64,000 nt of DNA. Origin: Chrysomallon squamiferum. Taxonomy: Eukaryota; Animalia; Mollusca. The DNA is taken from the NCBI GenBank assembly GCA_012295275.1, contig CM022678.1:7254001-7318000 (forward strand). The letters are read 5' to 3'. The notes under the pieces were generated by a model, which saw nothing but the letters and a program-made list of their open reading frames with translations, made no database searches and had not been told where the DNA came from. This document shows, piece after piece, positions 63,715-64,000 of the stretch (position 1 is the first letter of the stretch; the number at the start of each line of letters is the position of its first letter). Position numbers and translations under genes: made by a program.

Positions 63715-64000
63715 TTTCATATTCATGTTTAATTCTGATTTCGTTTTTGTTCTATTTTCGTTCCATTTTACTTAAACACATATATATAACATATTATTAA
63801 AACCAGCATTAATATAAATTATTATTATTATTATAATATATATACATATATATATATATTTATATATAAAGGAACAAAAACACAAACACATACATTATCA
63901 TGTATGTATTATTCATTTTATTCACTACCCATACAAACATACGAATACCTCATTGTTATTGCAGACATGTCTTATATCTGACAATAGTCAAACGATATGA

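Overview
Eukaryotic invertebrate genomic DNA (spliceosomal GT-AG introns, TATA/TCAGTT promoters), AT-rich and very dense in microsatellites. The taxon cannot be fixed from sequence alone; a mollusc or crustacean is plausible. Nearly all ORFs in the track are microsatellite translations. Supported content: (1) Two tandem copies (~3.9 kb spacing) of a two-exon gene encoding a secreted prepropeptide: signal peptide, very acidic pro-region, KR site, then a 50-aa cysteine-free cationic beta-strand peptide ending RAGLTFRF. It resembles an antimicrobial-peptide precursor and its C-terminus matches the beta-barrel 'beta-signal'. Copy 1 is intact. Copy 2 carries a locally templated insertion and is out of frame by one base at an A5 run. 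(2) A gene with a TATA+Inr promoter, a non-coding first exon and a single coding exon for a ~286-aa CSPP1/CCDC66-motif coiled-coil protein, broken by a one-base shift at a G4 run. (3) The probable 5' end of a large gene: CCAAT/E2F-type promoter at ~27.9 kb and a signal-peptide exon at ~32.7 kb with an X-box; no later exons were securely found. (4) Several minisatellites, a fold-back palindrome, a ~207-bp inverted repeat pair 31 kb apart, and small dispersed repeat families.
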